From: Plasmodiophora brassicae
Taxonomy: Eukaryota
Direction of reading: 5' to 3'
Assembly (NCBI GenBank): GCA_036867785.1
Contig: CP145410.1
Span: 124,001 to 188,000 of the forward strand
Length of the DNA stretch: 64,000 bases
This document shows positions 62,421 to 64,000 of the stretch, piece after piece. The position numbers were made by a program, and so were the translations under genes. The notes beneath the pieces are model-generated. The model saw only the letters and a program-made list of their open reading frames with translations, had not been told where the DNA came from and searched no databases. Positions within the stretch are counted from its first letter, which is position 1. Each line of letters opens with the position of its first letter.

Positions 62421-63776
62421 TCATTCATAGCATCCGAGACGGTAAAGCAACACTCTGCCTCGATCGTTTCCAATGGCTAAATGCCTGCTATCAGGGGCGA
62501 ATGCAACAGCGGACACGAAATGCAGCGGGGTCTGAGAGGTCGGCCAGGACGGGAACACGGTCCTCGTCGGTACATGCACAATTCGCAGCGCATCCTGCTT
62601 CTGGCGAGACGCCATGATGAGCAGATTGCCGTCGTGGTTGAACGTCAGGTGGTCAATAGCTGTTGTAAGCGACATGATGGACTTGACTGGGTTCGGTGCC
62701 CCATCAGCGTACAGGTTCACGACTCCCGTGCTGGACCCGGTCGCAACGATGTTCTTCGAATTACCTGCAACAGCCACGCGGGTCGCCTTGACGCATCCGT
62801 GATCAGAGAACCGCGTCCTGCACTTTAGGCTGCCGACGTCGAATACGTAAACGTCGCCATCGGCACTGAAAGCCGTCAGTTCCGAGCCATCGCTGGAGAA
62901 CGCGACAGATCGAACACTGCCGTTCACACGAACCGTGCCAAGGCACTGCTTCGATTTTGCAGATACAATGGCAACGTAACCGTCCTGGCACAGGAATGCG
63001 ACATGTTTGCCATTAGGCGATGAAACGAACTTGTGGAATGACGAGTCGGGTCGGCCACGAACGCCAGGGACCTTCTCAACAGCACCGCGCTCAATGTCGA
63101 ACGTGTAGAAGAACTTTCGCGGCCCTGACATCCACACCTCGTCGCTACCGACAAACGACGCGCACTGAATCGGCAGGTCAGCAACGTGGACAGACTGGAG
63201 TTTGTTGTTCTGGTGCCCGTCAACGTTGAACAGTCGCAGCGTACGATCCATGCCGGCGGTCAGGAGAAGCTGCCCGTTGCTATGGAAAGCAACGCTTTGG
63301 ACGACGCTTTCCGACACGCCATTAACGTTGGCGTCCTTCAATCGAGCGATACGGAAACTGGTAGTGCCCAGTCGTCCACCGGCGCCACGCGCAAGAAGGG
63401 GCTGCGCGCTACGAAGATATGCATCTTCGTCATCGTCCTCATCAGAAGCACGACCGTTATTGTTCGCCCAGTCTGCGGTCCGGTGAAGCTTCCGGAACTG
63501 GGTTCGAAGACGCTCCACGTATTCTTTGCCTGACACGGTAACCTCGTCCTCTACCTGGCGTAGTTTCCGGTTGCGGGCTGTGCTTGATAAGTCAACGCGC
63601 ACGCATTCGTCATCCTCATCGACCCACGCCGGCTTCTTCTCCAACCTCGTCGCATCCTCCTCGTTACGCCGATCAACATTGTCGGCTACGACATCACCAA
63701 ACAGCTCTTGCTCCAACTGATGCTCAACGAGTTCGTCATAGGAGCGCTTCTCGCCAGCTCGGAGCAGAGCAGGCAT
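62421..63776 (-). CDS. UTP18: U3 snoRNA-associated WD40 protein UTP18; single exon
   Basis: KPAWVDEDD; RLKDAN; LLLTAGMDRTLRLFNVDG; ALRIVHVPTRTVFPSWPT..TPL; LAIGNDRGRVLLYRL. Confidence 0.95.
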   Translation of the reverse strand: MPALLRAGEKRSYDELVEHQLEQELFGDVVADNVDRRNEEDATRLEKKPAWVDEDDECVRVDLSSTARNRKLRQVEDEVTVSGKEYVERLRTQFRKLHRTADWANNNGRASDEDDDEDAYLRSAQPLLARGAGGRLGTTSFRIARLKDANVNGVSESVVQSVAFHSNGQLLLTAGMDRTLRLFNVDGHQNNKLQSVHVADLPIQCASFVGSDEVWMSGPRKFFYTFDIERGAVEKVPGVRGRPDSSFHKFVSSPNGKHVAFLCQDGYVAIVSAKSKQCLGTVRVNGSVRSVAFSSDGSELTAFSADGDVYVFDVGSLKCRTRFSDHGCVKATRVAVAGNSKNIVATGSSTGVVNLYADGAPNPVKSIMSLTTAIDHLTFNHDGNLLIMASRQKQDALRIVHVPTRTVFPSWPTSQTPLHFVSAVAFAPDSRHLAIGNDRGRVLLYRLGCYE

Positions 63777-64000
63777 GTTTCGGGACAACACGATGCTGGA
63801 TCCCTCACGGAGTCCGCCACGGACTATCAACCACCGTGACCGTCCGCGAGTTCACAGTCACGCCAATGCAGCAAAAATATGTCGCCTCGCGCCCCTGGTG
63901 CAAAATCCACTTGATCAGACTCGAGAATAGACAACGAAGAAGCAGAGCCATGCTCTTTTGACCGTATTCCTGATCGCCATCACGCAGAGCGCTGGCAAAT

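Overview
Gene-dense, GC-rich eukaryotic DNA with many short (~50-60 nt) GT-AG introns and very short intergenic gaps. The style and gene content suggest a compact protist genome, most likely a phytomyxid such as Plasmodiophora brassicae (inference). About 30 protein-coding loci are visible. Most are housekeeping genes: Rab2, SUN-domain, L7Ae-like, calmodulin-like, TM9SF, GCFC, EBP1, LDAH, PIG-Y-like, Tad1, API5, RBBP4/MSI1, VTI1, glutathione reductase, METTL21-like, RabGGTase beta, UTP18. The standout is a five-exon gene (33990-37600, ~1135 aa) fusing an atypical cytochrome P450 to a PLAT domain and a complete iron lipoxygenase, a probable single-chain oxylipin synthase, lying 103 bp downstream of a lipid-droplet hydrolase. 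Also notable: a Mutator-like DDE transposase with a DEDD 3'-5' exonuclease inserted in its catalytic core and a hairpin-repeat array upstream; a ~1 kb fold-back of gag-like sequence; a DEAD-box pseudo-helicase; a REVEILLE/LCL-type MYB; a one-exon-per-LRR gene; and a Skp1-like/RING effector candidate. Gene boundaries were read by eye and no database searches were run.
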